Shown here: in pieces, positions 14,112-22,986 of the stretch
Layout of the letters: every line of letters begins with the position of its first letter
Position numbering within the stretch: the first letter of the stretch is position 1
IMG/VR virus record: IMGVR_UViG_3300045988_174094
Coordinates: 44,932 to 108,931 of that record
Length of the DNA: 64,000 nucleotides
Reading direction: 5' to 3' (one strand)
From: a virus
Translations under genes and position numbers: made by a program
The notes under the pieces: model-generated
The model's database searches: none
What the model was told of the DNA's origin: nothing
Seen by the model: only the letters and a program-made list of their open reading frames with translations

Positions 14112-14483
14112 ATGCTTCGTTACCACAAAACATATACCGAAAACCTAGTAGCAAAAGCCCTAGATGAATGGGGCTTTCATTATGTAATGTTCTACACCTT
14201 CAAGGAGTTGCGCTCGGCTCACGGGGCGCCGACTGGTTATTCCTTTGGAATTCTAGACACGAGCTATGTCCCCTATCAGCTACTTCTACTAATTGATATC
14301 CATTACGAGAATGCAAAAGAACATACAAAGAAAAACTATGTGTTGAAAGAGGAATTCGCGCGCGACCATCAGCTAGGATTGGTTATAATAGAAAACGAGG
14401 TCGCGCGCTCTATGAGCTACGCCCAGTTTCGAGATTGGCTAGCAATGGCGATTGAGCAAAAAGAATTTTGCGAAGTAGAGTAA
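14112..14483 (+). CDS. hypothetical protein, possible PD-(D/E)XK-like nuclease fold
   Basis: AAAGGAGG RBS; 123 aa. LLLIDIHYE..K resembles a D..E.K core, but the match is weak. Confidence 0.7.
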   Translation: MLRYHKTYTENLVAKALDEWGFHYVMFYTFKELRSAHGAPTGYSFGILDTSYVPYQLLLLIDIHYENAKEHTKKNYVLKEEFARDHQLGLVIIENEVARSMSYAQFRDWLAMAIEQKEFCEVE

Positions 14484-14488
14484 AAGAA

Positions 14489-14518
14489 GCCAGAGAGCAC
14501 AAACTCTCTGGCCTTTTC
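14489..14518. terminator. bidirectional terminator at the convergence of + and - blocks
   Basis: gccagagag-cacaaa-ctctctggc with T-runs on both strands. Confidence 0.8.
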
Positions 14519-14636
14519 TATTGATATTACGCGAAGCGTTCTGACCCTTTAAGGTCAGACTAGTTGAATTATTATTTTTTCTTCTATTTCACTAATTATT
14601 GTTTCCTAATATTTTATATTATATTACTCAACCCTT

Positions 14637-14790
14637 TTTGACCCGCTTTTGTGTCAAAATGACCCAGCAGCGGGTCGTTTCGCCCCGATTTTATTAGATA
14701 ATTTGGGGCTTTTTGACACGCCTCCGTGTCGTTTTACCCCGCCTTGTGTCAAATTGACACAAAATTGGGTCGTTTTATCCCGCGGGCGGT
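14637..14790. repeat. array of direct and inverted repeats (GTCGTTTyryCCC x3, TTTGACmCGC x2, palindrome TTGTGTCAA-A-TTGACACAA)
   Basis: GTCGTTT copies at 14675, 14728 and 14769. The perfect palindrome is at about 14745-14763. Lies immediately 3' of gene 14775-15098. Confidence 0.75.
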
Positions 14791-15098
14791 TTCTGATAAA
14801 ACACTAGTTTTTCTCCTTCTTGTTTAAGGAAACCTTCATCAAAAAGTTCTTGTATTCCATTTCTAACTCCTTTTCGGCAATCAGTAGTTATACCATACCA
14901 ATTCAAAATAGCTTGTGGAGAAAGTTCTAACTCATATCTCTCCTTATTCTTATTCAGATAAAACCACACACGGATACCCCACAAACTAAGTTTACCTACC
15001 TTTATTGCCGTCTCATTGGTTAAGCGTTGATAAGTATGGACATTATCCATAGGTTCTTTATTGGCTATTACCACCGTCTTTTGGTTCGGAAATTTCAT
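14775..15098 (-). CDS. winged-helix protein resembling the N-terminal domain of initiator-like 47419-48105
   Basis: WFYLNKNKERYELELSPQAI..GVRNGIQELFDEGFL compares with LYLYLASNKDGYLLELSAAAV..AYHTALKDLEEKGYL. Confidence 0.75.
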   Translation of the reverse strand: MKFPNQKTVVIANKEPMDNVHTYQRLTNETAIKVGKLSLWGIRVWFYLNKNKERYELELSPQAILNWYGITTDCRKGVRNGIQELFDEGFLKQEGEKLVFYQKPPAG

Positions 15099-15122
15099 TT
15101 CATCGCACTCCGCACATAAAAA

Positions 15123-15308
15123 TTATTTTTTTCTATCTTTATCTTCAGTCGCTACCTCATCATAAATTTTTCTAAAGGAGGGAGTATCTTCAAAGATATA
15201 AATATTAAATTTAGGATTTTTAGCATCTTTTGCTGTTCTCAAAAAATTACAGCCGCGACGGATTAGTTGGTTCGCGCGCCGAGCAGAGAAAATAATATAT
15301 TCTTCCAT
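15123..15308 (-). CDS. small conserved protein, paralog of C-terminal part of 48109-48429
   Basis: AKNPKFNIYIFEDTP compares with TKNPNWDVWLFERTP. Confidence 0.7.
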   Translation of the reverse strand: MEEYIIFSARRANQLIRRGCNFLRTAKDAKNPKFNIYIFEDTPSFRKIYDEVATEDKDRKK

Positions 15309-15344
15309 TTGATTTTTCTCCTGAATTTGAATTTGATTTAGAAC

Positions 15345-15488
15345 TCAATTGTTCTTTAGATAAAACTCGATAGCGTCTCGCAAGAAATCACTAAGTCGAA
15401 CACCTTTTTCCTCACAATATCTATCAATCTCTTCTTTGACTTCTTTTGTAACATTTGTTCTTACTGGATTATCATATTTGATTTTCAT
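15345..15488 (-). CDS. ribbon-helix-helix (CopG/Arc-like) protein
   Basis: ATG 15488 follows GAGGTGAG. MKIKYDNPVRTNVTKEVKEEIDRYCEEKGVRLSDFLRDAIEFYL. Paralog of 48432-48584. Confidence 0.7.
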   Translation of the reverse strand: MKIKYDNPVRTNVTKEVKEEIDRYCEEKGVRLSDFLRDAIEFYLKNN

Positions 15489-15621
15489 TTTTCTCACCTC
15501 ATATATAAAGTAGCTAATTTCCGCGCGGACTCCAAAAATTTGGGTAAATTTTTTAGCAACGAGCACAAAAGTTAGTTTGACTGACTTTTATGATAAAAAG
15601 AGAGCTAAATTTCTTTAGCTC

Positions 15622-16101
15622 TCAACAAAAGATATCCACCTCTGTCAATCCAACCGACTGAAGCCATTTCTTCCCATGTTTGATAGCATCTCTCAGGACC
15701 TTCTCAGAAACAAAAGACGGCCCAAAAGAATGGGCATCTGTAATACAATAGTTATCCCATCCGTCCTTAAAACCCCAACAAGGGTAAAAATTTCCGGGGC
15801 CACCATTCTCTTCTGAAAAACGCCAAAGAATTCTCTCAAAGGTCTCGTAGTTCGCGCGCCTCGCCATCAATTCCTTATTTGAACAATAATTAGCAATTCC
15901 ATGGTGTAAGTTATCAATACACCGGCTTCGCTCTCCAGTACCACACAGAAGACCATCATCGCCAATAAACCAATAAGCTTCACCTTTTTCTCTTCTGTCA
16001 AAAGGAGATTTTGTTTCCAGTAAAACAGCATTACAAACCTCTTGATACTGTTCCGGTGTCAGCTCAATTTTCTGTCCATTCAGCACAAGATAGTTTTCCA
16101 T
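15622..16101 (-). CDS. hypothetical protein
   Basis: 159-aa ORF in a co-directional string. Confidence 0.75.
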   Translation of the reverse strand: MENYLVLNGQKIELTPEQYQEVCNAVLLETKSPFDRREKGEAYWFIGDDGLLCGTGERSRCIDNLHHGIANYCSNKELMARRANYETFERILWRFSEENGGPGNFYPCWGFKDGWDNYCITDAHSFGPSFVSEKVLRDAIKHGKKWLQSVGLTEVDIFC

Positions 16102-16102
16102 T

Positions 16103-16315
16103 TTACTCTACCTCCAATACTTCCATAAAGCAAACCCAACAATCCCATCGATCAAGAAAATCGTCCCACGTTACTTCCATAGCTTCCTCATCATCATCTT
16201 CGCTTTCCTCAATCAGTTCGCGCGCACATCTCTTAGCGTCAGATTCTTCATAGAAACAACGATAAGTTGGTTCACTTCCATCAAACTGATACTGACCAAT
16301 CAAATAAATCTCCAT
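16103..16315 (-). CDS. hypothetical acidic protein
   Basis: 70-aa ORF tightly packed against its neighbours. Confidence 0.65.
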   Translation of the reverse strand: MEIYLIGQYQFDGSEPTYRCFYEESDAKRCARELIEESEDDDEEAMEVTWDDFLDRWDCWVCFMEVLEVE

Positions 16316-16349
16316 TTTTCTTTCTCTCCTTCTTCAATCAAAAATCAAT

Positions 16350-16619
16350 TCAGTCATACGAATCATATAAACTAAAAAGTCCAACGAAATCATCAACCGA
16401 ATAACCGCAAAAGTTCCAAAGACGGTTAAAACTCTCGATATCATCGCTATCCTTATCATTAATGTCCCAATAGTCAATATACCTAACGCCATAACGCTCA
16501 TAGTGAGGAGATGCCAGCTCTTCAATAAAGTCATCAAAAGATAACGAAACAATCTGGCTTTGTTCTTCCTTTACTACCTCGATGTCATAATCTCTCTTCA
16601 TCACAAGATATCGTGCCAT
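16350..16619 (-). CDS. hypothetical protein
   Basis: 89-aa ORF, preferred over overlapping 16334-16552. Confidence 0.65.
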   Translation of the reverse strand: MARYLVMKRDYDIEVVKEEQSQIVSLSFDDFIEELASPHYERYGVRYIDYWDINDKDSDDIESFNRLWNFCGYSVDDFVGLFSLYDSYD

Positions 16620-16620
16620 T

Positions 16621-16905
16621 CTAAATTACCTCCAAGCTATGAATTTCTCTCCAGCCATTCTTCTCAATAATCTTTGCCCCAATGGTATTCTTCGAATGAA
16701 AATGGAAGAAATAACCAGTGTCAACAAACTTCGTCTCTTCAAGCCACTTCAAAATTTCAACGTCATTACCAATACTAATCACAATTGTATCCTCACCAGA
16801 AAACGCCCTCTCATAACATCTAATCGCTGCTTTGGCCTCGTTAGCTGTCTTAACCCGAACAAAATCAGTCGGCGCGGGACGGATATCATCAATCCAGAGT
16901 CTCAT
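16621..16905 (-). CDS. hypothetical protein
   Basis: 94-aa ORF, abuts neighbouring genes. Confidence 0.7.
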   Translation of the reverse strand: MRLWIDDIRPAPTDFVRVKTANEAKAAIRCYERAFSGEDTIVISIGNDVEILKWLEETKFVDTGYFFHFHSKNTIGAKIIEKNGWREIHSLEVI

Positions 16906-17107
16906 TCGAAGTCCTCCATTCCCTCGATGGTTCTAAAACTTTCGCCCACGCTTCATCATAAGAGCATCTCATTTCAGAAGGCGTCGGTACGTCTTTTTGC
17001 CACTGGCTCCAATAAAAATCCTTCTTTGAATTCTTCTGATTGCACGGAAGCTGAAGCAAACGCCAAAGAAGATAACGAGCTTTTTTGATGTAACGCTTTC
17101 TAGTCAT
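16889..17107 (-). CDS. hypothetical protein
   Basis: 72-aa ORF, first gene after promoter 17144-17172. Confidence 0.6.
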   Translation of the reverse strand: MTRKRYIKKARYLLWRLLQLPCNQKNSKKDFYWSQWQKDVPTPSEMRCSYDEAWAKVLEPSREWRTSNETLD

Positions 17108-17143
17108 ATTATTTCTTCCTTTCTTTTCTCATCTTGTATATAT

Positions 17144-17172
17144 ATTATACCAGATTTCCGGTTATTTTTCAA
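17144..17172 (-). promoter_or_regulatory. class-B promoter (TTGAAA-17-TATAAT + ATATATACAAG)
   Basis: Reverse complement of tatattataccagatttccggttatttttcaa. Confidence 0.65.
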
Positions 17173-17209
17173 ATCTGTCATATAAAATAGAAGTGGAGCT
17201 GAGGTCACT

Positions 17210-17764
17210 TTACGTTTCCTCAGCTCCAAAAATTTCATCCAGTGTTCTCGGCGCATAGTCCATATATGGCATCATACAGCCAGCATTTCTCATCTCACAA
17301 CGAATTCCCCACTCATTCATTCGCGCGCGAACGTCATCACAAATTTTTTCCTCCCATGTATTATGAACATGCCCATAGAGATGATACCAACCATCATAAT
17401 AGTGGTTCTTGAAGGCAAAAATTGGGTAGTGGCAAAGAATTACATGGCGCCCTTCATCCTTTACTTCTGTATAATCTGTGATGCGCGCGAAACACTTGTC
17501 AAAATTTCGGTCTCCAACTCTATCATGGTTTCCGCGCACAAGAAACTTATTGCCTTTTAGTTCTTTGAGAATAGGAATAGCTTCGTCTGCTTTCTTCCAA
17601 AACATATCGCCCAACACATAAACCTGGTCATCTTTATCAACAACCTCATTCCATCTTTTTACCAGCTCTCTGTCCATTTCTTCTATTGATTCAAAGGGAC
17701 GCATATCAAAGCGAATAATGTTAGAATGACCGAAATGAAGGTCACTAATATAACGAATTGCCAT
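17210..17764 (-). CDS. metallophosphoesterase (calcineurin-like)
   Basis: Motifs SDLHFGH, GDMF, GNHD, HYP, GHVH. Confidence 0.8.
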   Translation of the reverse strand: MAIRYISDLHFGHSNIIRFDMRPFESIEEMDRELVKRWNEVVDKDDQVYVLGDMFWKKADEAIPILKELKGNKFLVRGNHDRVGDRNFDKCFARITDYTEVKDEGRHVILCHYPIFAFKNHYYDGWYHLYGHVHNTWEEKICDDVRARMNEWGIRCEMRNAGCMMPYMDYAPRTLDEIFGAEET

Positions 17765-17875
17765 TTACTTATCTCCTTTTGTAACCCAGCCATAGATGGC
17801 CCAAGTCAAATAGAGAATTAGCGTTCCCACTGCGAGAACGCCAACTCCGCAAAGAATAGCTTGCCACCAGTTCAT
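17765..17875 (-). CDS. small membrane protein, 36 aa
   Basis: MNWWQAILCGVGVLAVGTLILYLTWAIYGWVTKGDK. Its ATG shares one base with the upstream TGA. Below the track cutoff. Confidence 0.5.
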   Translation of the reverse strand: MNWWQAILCGVGVLAVGTLILYLTWAIYGWVTKGDK

Positions 17876-18372
17876 CAGTTGTTTGCTCCCTGAGAAATAA
17901 GAGCTTCTCTTGTAAAATCTGCGCCATTATAAGAAGCATAAATGACGCCCTCTGTTTTACTATAAAGGGTAAGGAAAGTATCAACGTTTGTAACAGAGTT
18001 GCCCATCAAGCAAAGAAAATCAAGATTATCACGAGTTTCATTATTCACATCAAACTCATAGAATTCATCAAAAGTAAAATCGCACCAAATAGTGATGAAA
18101 TACGCATCGCCTTCATCAGACCACCAGAAAGAAACATTATCTTCACCAAAACTATCAATGAAAGTTTCTTCCAGTTCAACTAATCCATCTTCACGCGCGG
18201 TTGTTGTTTCTTCTACTTTTGCCTCCGCTTCTGGCTCAGTGGGCGCGGACGTCTCTGGCTCAGAAACAGTTGTCTCCGGCGCAGTCTCAATCGATGGCCG
18301 CGCGCACCCGTAAATCAGAGCCATAATCATCAGCAAACAAATAAAAACACAAATAAACTTTTTCATTTTCAA
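17875..18372 (-). CDS. putative lipoprotein
   Basis: Signal peptide with lipobox, MKMKKFICVFICLLMIMALIYGC. Confidence 0.75.
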   Translation of the reverse strand: MKMKKFICVFICLLMIMALIYGCARPSIETAPETTVSEPETSAPTEPEAEAKVEETTTAREDGLVELEETFIDSFGEDNVSFWWSDEGDAYFITIWCDFTFDEFYEFDVNNETRDNLDFLCLMGNSVTNVDTFLTLYSKTEGVIYASYNGADFTREALISQGANN

Positions 18373-18384
18373 AAATCCTTTCTA

Positions 18385-18522
18385 TTACTTTTCTTTTATT
18401 CTAAAACAATATCCTTCCGGGCCTTGGTCACTTTCCCAGCCATTTTCATCAACCCAAATATCACGAATTGAGTAAATGCAGAAGTCACAGCAGGGAGTAC
18501 AACCTTCTCCGCACAGTGTCAT
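18385..18522 (-). CDS. Cys-rich mini-protein, 45 aa (tentative)
   Basis: MTLCGEGCTPCCDFCIYSIRDIWVDENGWESDQGPEGYCFRIKEK. Weak RBS. Confidence 0.35.
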   Translation of the reverse strand: MTLCGEGCTPCCDFCIYSIRDIWVDENGWESDQGPEGYCFRIKEK

Positions 18523-18609
18523 CTATACCATGGCAATCCTTATAATTACATTCATCGACCTTATAACCAACTTGCATCGGGCATCTCCTGCCCGTACACT
18601 TATCCATAA

Positions 18610-18951
18610 TTATTCTCCTTTCGGCGGCTTTGGCAGAGGCATCCAGTGGGTCACTTCACCATCTTCATATTCGTTTACAAATTCGCTACCCCATCGACCA
18701 TCTTCACACCAACCAATGTCAACTGCTCCCCACCGCAAAGCGATAAGTAAACCTTCTTTTACGTTTTCGGGCAACCTATCCTTTACCGAAATCCACTCCT
18801 GCACCGTTACGTCGTTCATAATAAGGTGGTCAGCGATTCTTTGTACTTGCTCATCGCAGGAAAGCTGCAACGGATTGTCCCATCTTGGCAAATTACCGCA
18901 CCGTGGCAGGTTATCCGTCAGCAGCTCCACCAGCTTTTCTCTAACATCCAT
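18610..18951 (-). CDS. DUF551-like phage protein
   Basis: WISVKDRLPE ... VTHWMPLPKPP, the signature of that family. Confidence 0.7.
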   Translation of the reverse strand: MDVREKLVELLTDNLPRCGNLPRWDNPLQLSCDEQVQRIADHLIMNDVTVQEWISVKDRLPENVKEGLLIALRWGAVDIGWCEDGRWGSEFVNEYEDGEVTHWMPLPKPPKGE

Positions 18952-19277
18952 CAGTTAGCACCTCCGTCCATCTTAGCACCGCAGTTCGGACAATAATGCA
19001 TGGCTTTAGCGATTCTTTCCACAGTAGCGATTCCAGCGACTTCAAAGATATCAGTCCATTCACATTTTGAGCATTTTACATCAAAGTCGTCATTATTAAC
19101 ACCGATAATCCACTGTCCATGCACCACCGGCGCAACATCAGCGGCTGGTAAGTTCTCGGCGTATTCCAATACCGTTTCAATGCCGTTTATAAAATGCCTG
19201 TTGCCGTTCTTTCTATCATAATGATTACGACGGATGGGAAATTCCATCAGTTCTTCTAGTTTGATATATTCAGCCAT
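18951..19277 (-). CDS. hypothetical protein with C-terminal zinc ribbon
   Basis: CSKCEW..HYCPNCGAKM. Confidence 0.7.
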   Translation of the reverse strand: MAEYIKLEELMEFPIRRNHYDRKNGNRHFINGIETVLEYAENLPAADVAPVVHGQWIIGVNNDDFDVKCSKCEWTDIFEVAGIATVERIAKAMHYCPNCGAKMDGGAN

Positions 19278-19311
19278 TATTCTACCTCCTCATATGCCTC
19301 TCTAAGTGTAA

Positions 19312-19509
19312 TTATCGTCTATTCCACTCTTCCAATTCACTTTTGGTAGGCTTACAAACCAGCTCCACAGTATTTGCTGGAATTTCAATCCACAGAACAT
19401 TATCATCATCTTGTGCGCCGAGTGCCTTACAAATTTTACGCCACTGTCTCTTGGAGAAGTCATGATTCTCCAGCGTAATATCCGAATTAGTCTTGAATGA
19501 AACTACCAT
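19312..19509 (-). CDS. hypothetical protein
   Basis: 65-aa ORF, first gene after promoter 19542-19570. Confidence 0.6.
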   Translation of the reverse strand: MVVSFKTNSDITLENHDFSKRQWRKICKALGAQDDDNVLWIEIPANTVELVCKPTKSELEEWNRR

Positions 19510-19541
19510 TTTTTCTTTTCCTTTCCTTATCTTGTATAGAT

Positions 19542-19570
19542 ATTATACCATTTTTATGGCCAAAATTCAA
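19542..19570 (-). promoter_or_regulatory. class-B promoter (TTGAAT-17-TATAAT)
   Basis: Reverse complement of attataccatttttatggccaaaattcaa. Confidence 0.6.
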
Positions 19571-19600
19571 ATTTGTAACGTAAAAAAGACCTGTGAGAGC

Positions 19601-20005
19601 TTAGTCCCACAGGTAGAAGTAATATTCAGAGAAAAGGCGGAAAAATCTATTCTTGGCATGTTCGCGCGCACGATAGTCAACTCCATCTCTCATCTCACTA
19701 AGAGCAAGAGACATCTGGTCAATAATATTGTTCCATGTCTCCTCATTTTTTTGATTATCTTCTTCATCGATAAGATAAGGAACGCCAGAATGATTATTGC
19801 GAAAGTGGGTAAGAAGTTCGCTCATTACCTGACGATGCCACTCAAACATTTCAAATCTAGCCTGCGGGCAATATCCATGTCGAAGAAGAAAAATAAGCCT
19901 TCTAAACCAAATATATAGGTCTTTGAAGAAAACTAATGGGCGCCAACTAGTAAAAAGCGCCCAAGTTAGATGTGTAATGGGCTTCCCCATCAGGTCATCT
20001 CCCAA
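19601..20005 (-). CDS. hypothetical protein
   Basis: 134-aa ORF. Confidence 0.7.
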   Translation of the reverse strand: MGDDLMGKPITHLTWALFTSWRPLVFFKDLYIWFRRLIFLLRHGYCPQARFEMFEWHRQVMSELLTHFRNNHSGVPYLIDEEDNQKNEETWNNIIDQMSLALSEMRDGVDYRAREHAKNRFFRLFSEYYFYLWD

Positions 20006-20439
20006 TAGATATAGTTTTCAGGATCAATCTTAGGGTCGTCCGGATTAGCGTATTTCGCCATATCAATAAAATCCAAAAGGAATTCAAAGAAATTTGCACT
20101 GCGCGTGCAGTAGTCCATATCACACTTTTCCTCATCAATCATGTCATCGAGTTCAGTAATCAGACTATATTTTTCATCCATAGAATTCGTCCAGCTACCA
20201 ATTTCTTCCTGTCGTTTCTGATACTTACGAATCATTTCTTTATGCTCACGTGCGCGATTGTTTCTCTCAGTAGCCATCTGGCTCAGTTCCTCTTCATGAA
20301 GCGCTCGTTTATTGCTAAAGTTACTGCTTCCGAACTGGATGTTCAAAGCTTCGCCAACCATAGTACGGCCACCAAAAGAAGCAATCGGATAAAACTCTTC
20401 GTTAGTTGTCTTCATATAAAAGGTATAATCAATGCTCAT
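19990..20439 (-). CDS. hypothetical protein
   Basis: 149-aa ORF. Confidence 0.7.
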   Translation of the reverse strand: MSIDYTFYMKTTNEEFYPIASFGGRTMVGEALNIQFGSSNFSNKRALHEEELSQMATERNNRAREHKEMIRKYQKRQEEIGSWTNSMDEKYSLITELDDMIDEEKCDMDYCTRSANFFEFLLDFIDMAKYANPDDPKIDPENYIYWEMT

Positions 20440-20440
20440 A

Positions 20441-20692
20441 TTAGTCCTCCTTTGTTAGCCAAGCCTCTTCTTCTTCATTCGTTACATCATAAATGGGAGT
20501 ATCCATATCGTCAGTGTATTCGAGTGTGACGCTTTGAATTTCGTCGGCGCCATAATACTCTTCAATCTGGGCAATAGCTTCCTTAGAAGAAGGGCCAGAA
20601 GCTACTCCATTGAGAGTCTTTTCCTTATAAGTAGACTTGCCGCTATCGAGTGGATCTTCCCACCATCCAAGAACAACTTTGAAACGAACCAT
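20441..20692 (-). CDS. hypothetical protein
   Basis: ATG 20692 follows GGGAGGAG. In frame with track ORF 20441-20713. Confidence 0.7.
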   Translation of the reverse strand: MVRFKVVLGWWEDPLDSGKSTYKEKTLNGVASGPSSKEAIAQIEEYYGADEIQSVTLEYTDDMDTPIYDVTNEEEEAWLTKED

Positions 20693-20693
20693 T

Positions 20694-20939
20694 TTATTTC
20701 TCCTCCCATTCATGTTTCACGAGCCAATATACTCTCTGACCACTACCGTTATTAGAACAAGCAGCTTCTCCACGCGCCATCATTGCGCGCAGTACACCAG
20801 AAACTTGCGCCGGAGTTACCTCAATTCTGAATTTGCGCATTGCCATCGCGCTAATCGACTTAGAAGATTGACAACTACTTTCCTCAAGAATCTTTTTGAC
20901 TACCTCTTTTGTCTCCATTACATTGCCTCCACAAACCAA
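20694..20939 (-). CDS. small winged-helix-like protein (paralog of next gene)
   Basis: ..VTPAQVSGVLRAMMARGEA..GQRVYWL. Confidence 0.65.
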   Translation of the reverse strand: MVCGGNVMETKEVVKKILEESSCQSSKSISAMAMRKFRIEVTPAQVSGVLRAMMARGEAACSNNGSGQRVYWLVKHEWEEK

Positions 20940-21172
20940 TAACGCATACGGCCGTCCTTACCTTTCTCCTTACGAATCGTTCCCAAATCGCAAAGAGAAC
21001 TAAGACATCGCGCGAGCTTCTGCGGAGTGACTGATACTAGCTGGATATTAGTCGTGCGCAGTTCTTCGCATGTCATTGCGCGCTTCTCTTCGGAAAGAGT
21101 AAGCATCGCCTCGATTGTCCATCTCTGTGTATCCTCCACAGAATACTTCGACGTTCTACGATATCCAGCCAT
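20918..21172 (-). CDS. small winged-helix-like protein
   Basis: ..VTPQKLARCLSSLCDLGTIRKEKGKDGRMRYWF. Confidence 0.65.
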   Translation of the reverse strand: MAGYRRTSKYSVEDTQRWTIEAMLTLSEEKRAMTCEELRTTNIQLVSVTPQKLARCLSSLCDLGTIRKEKGKDGRMRYWFVEAM

Positions 21173-21206
21173 AGTATCAATCCTTTCTTATCTCATTTTC
21201 TAATAA

Positions 21207-21235
21207 AATTATACCATAATTTTACTAGAATTTCA
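21207..21235 (-). promoter_or_regulatory. class-B promoter (TTGAAA-17-TATAAT)
   Basis: Reverse complement of attataccataattttactagaatttcaa. Confidence 0.6.
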
Positions 21236-21237
21236 AA

Positions 21238-21486
21238 TTATTCGCAATCCTCGTCTCTACCATTCACCATATCTTCCATTTCATCATGCCACTCAAGAGT
21301 AATGCCGAATTCGGGTTTCTCGTGGTCATACTCAATTACAAAAATACCGACGCCAATATCATCCCAGTACGCCTTTACTTGATAGTCTGCATCCGTGAAC
21401 ATACGAATAGCATTGCCAATGGCGGTATTGAAGTCTTCCTTTGTTTTGAACTTGTTGCGATCAAGAACGAAAGTATTAGGCTTCAT
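21238..21486 (-). CDS. hypothetical protein
   Basis: ATG 21486 follows AAAGGGGAA. In frame with track ORF 21238-21534. Confidence 0.7.
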   Translation of the reverse strand: MKPNTFVLDRNKFKTKEDFNTAIGNAIRMFTDADYQVKAYWDDIGVGIFVIEYDHEKPEFGITLEWHDEMEDMVNGRDEDCE

Positions 21487-21487
21487 A

Positions 21488-21694
21488 TCAAATTCCCCTT
21501 TCAATTGTATCAATTTGATGATAGAGTGCACCAATCAGTTCTTTGTGCGCGATCGACACTTCTCGCATTGTATGCAACTCCTCTTCTTGATGGCGCAGTC
21601 TAGTAAGAGCTTCACGCGCGATTCTCTGAATATCAGTGTCCGGAACATTATTGATAATTTTATCAAGGTCCGCGCAAATTTCCTTAGTTGTCAT
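21488..21694 (-). CDS. hypothetical protein, 68 aa
   Basis: Internal ATG of track ORF 21488-21838 (MTTKEICADL..), preceded by AAAGGAGA. Confidence 0.6.
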   Translation of the reverse strand: MTTKEICADLDKIINNVPDTDIQRIAREALTRLRHQEEELHTMREVSIAHKELIGALYHQIDTIERGI

Positions 21695-21860
21695 CGCTCT
21701 TATCTCCTTTCCAGCAAGCAAAAATATAAACACCAAGCATCGTGAACTCAACAATGTAAATAAGCCAATGTGGATAATTATTGATAGTTGCCCACGCATT
21801 CCAACCAAAAATCGCGCCAAGATACCCAAGAATTCCAAAAATCAACATCTTCAACTTCAT
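21684..21860 (-). CDS. two-helix membrane protein, 58 aa
   Basis: MKLKMLIFGILGYLGAIFGWNAW..YIVEFTMLGVYIFACW. ATGA overlap with the upstream gene. Not in the track. Confidence 0.55.
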   Translation of the reverse strand: MKLKMLIFGILGYLGAIFGWNAWATINNYPHWLIYIVEFTMLGVYIFACWKGDKSDDN

Positions 21861-22108
21861 TTCTCCTCCTCTTCTTCAGAAAGCTCAATAAACTTTAGAC
21901 ATATATCAAGCCATTTATCAAAATTTCTTACGCTGTATGTTTGAATAATACGAGAGGTTATTGGGTCAATCTTCAAAGAACCACTTCGGATATCCCATCT
22001 AAGAATCATTACAACAGTACAGCTCTCAACTAGATTATTAGGAAACCACTGAACAATTTCCCACTTATGATCTTCTGTTTTTCTTAGTTCATAATTCTTG
22101 TATCTCAT
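21857..22108 (-). CDS. hypothetical protein
   Basis: 83-aa ORF. Confidence 0.65.
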   Translation of the reverse strand: MRYKNYELRKTEDHKWEIVQWFPNNLVESCTVVMILRWDIRSGSLKIDPITSRIIQTYSVRNFDKWLDICLKFIELSEEEEEK

Positions 22109-22114
22109 CTTATC

Positions 22115-22375
22115 TTATTGTTCCTTTACTTCACAAAGCAGCTGGAACAGATAATCCGCCACGTCTTCCCGACAAATTACATATTTTCCCTGTTCAAGGA
22201 GGTCGCGCACGATGCTAATCTCCTCTTCATATGCTTCAATAGTATCGGCAGGTGTCCATTTGTGGTCACGGATTTTTTGACAATACTCACGGAAGCAAAT
22301 TCCCTTCGGGGTAATCGTTGCATTCTTCATCTTCACATACTCCAGTTTCTGAGAAATTTTCTTGAAGATACTCAT
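22115..22375 (-). CDS. hypothetical protein
   Basis: 86-aa ORF, first gene after promoter 22403-22431. Confidence 0.7.
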   Translation of the reverse strand: MSIFKKISQKLEYVKMKNATITPKGICFREYCQKIRDHKWTPADTIEAYEEEISIVRDLLEQGKYVICREDVADYLFQLLCEVKEQ

Positions 22376-22402
22376 CGTTTTCCTCCTTCATTTTCTATAA
22401 AT

Positions 22403-22431
22403 ATTATATCAGATTTTTGGTCGTTTTTCAA
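22403..22431 (-). promoter_or_regulatory. class-B promoter (TTGAAA-17-TATAAT + ATTTATAGAAA)
   Basis: Reverse complement of attatatcagatttttggtcgtttttcaa. Confidence 0.65.
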
Positions 22432-22500
22432 ATTAGTCAAGTTACTAGATAGGAATCCCGCTTACTATAGTAGAGATATTATTTTTAAGAGGTGAAATAT

Positions 22501-22890
22501 ATGTCAAAGCAAGATGTTATAGACTATGTGATGGAAACGCCACATAATACTAATAGAGCAGTATTAGAGGGCTTAGTAGATACAGCGGTTGAAGAGAGTC
22601 AAGTTCAAGCAGATTGGGATCAGAATGACCCAACTGCTAAGGATTATATCAAAAACAAACCCACAATCGACACTGCTCTTTCCTCCACTTCTGAAAATGC
22701 AGTCCAGAATAAAGTGATCAAAATGGCGATTGATGAGGTACAGAATACGGTTAAGGAATATATTGGCAGTAAAGTTTCAGACAAAGAACTAATCCTCTTC
22801 TCTTCCACTGAAAACTCCACAAAAAAATTCAAAATAACCGTAAATGACTCCGGCACCATCTCCGCCAAAGAAGTCACAGAGGGTGCATAA
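22501..22890 (+). CDS. tail-fibre/fibre-associated protein
   Basis: ATG 22501 follows AAGAGG. The motif QADWDQNDPTAKDYIKNKP is common at phage fibre N-termini. Confidence 0.7.
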   Translation: MSKQDVIDYVMETPHNTNRAVLEGLVDTAVEESQVQADWDQNDPTAKDYIKNKPTIDTALSSTSENAVQNKVIKMAIDEVQNTVKEYIGSKVSDKELILFSSTENSTKKFKITVNDSGTISAKEVTEGA

Positions 22891-22986
22891 CTCTTAGCTG
22901 ATAAAATAACTGAATAATGTCAAGCCTCACAGATAATTTTCTACTTCCAAAAGAGAGAAATTATCTGTGAGGTGATTTTATCTAAA

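Noticed and set aside
17769-17984. 71-aa ORF overlapping the 3' end of the lipoprotein gene.
   Set aside because: A 36-aa membrane mini-gene (17765-17875) with start-stop coupling fits the spacing better. The longer ORF overlaps 17875-18372 out of frame.
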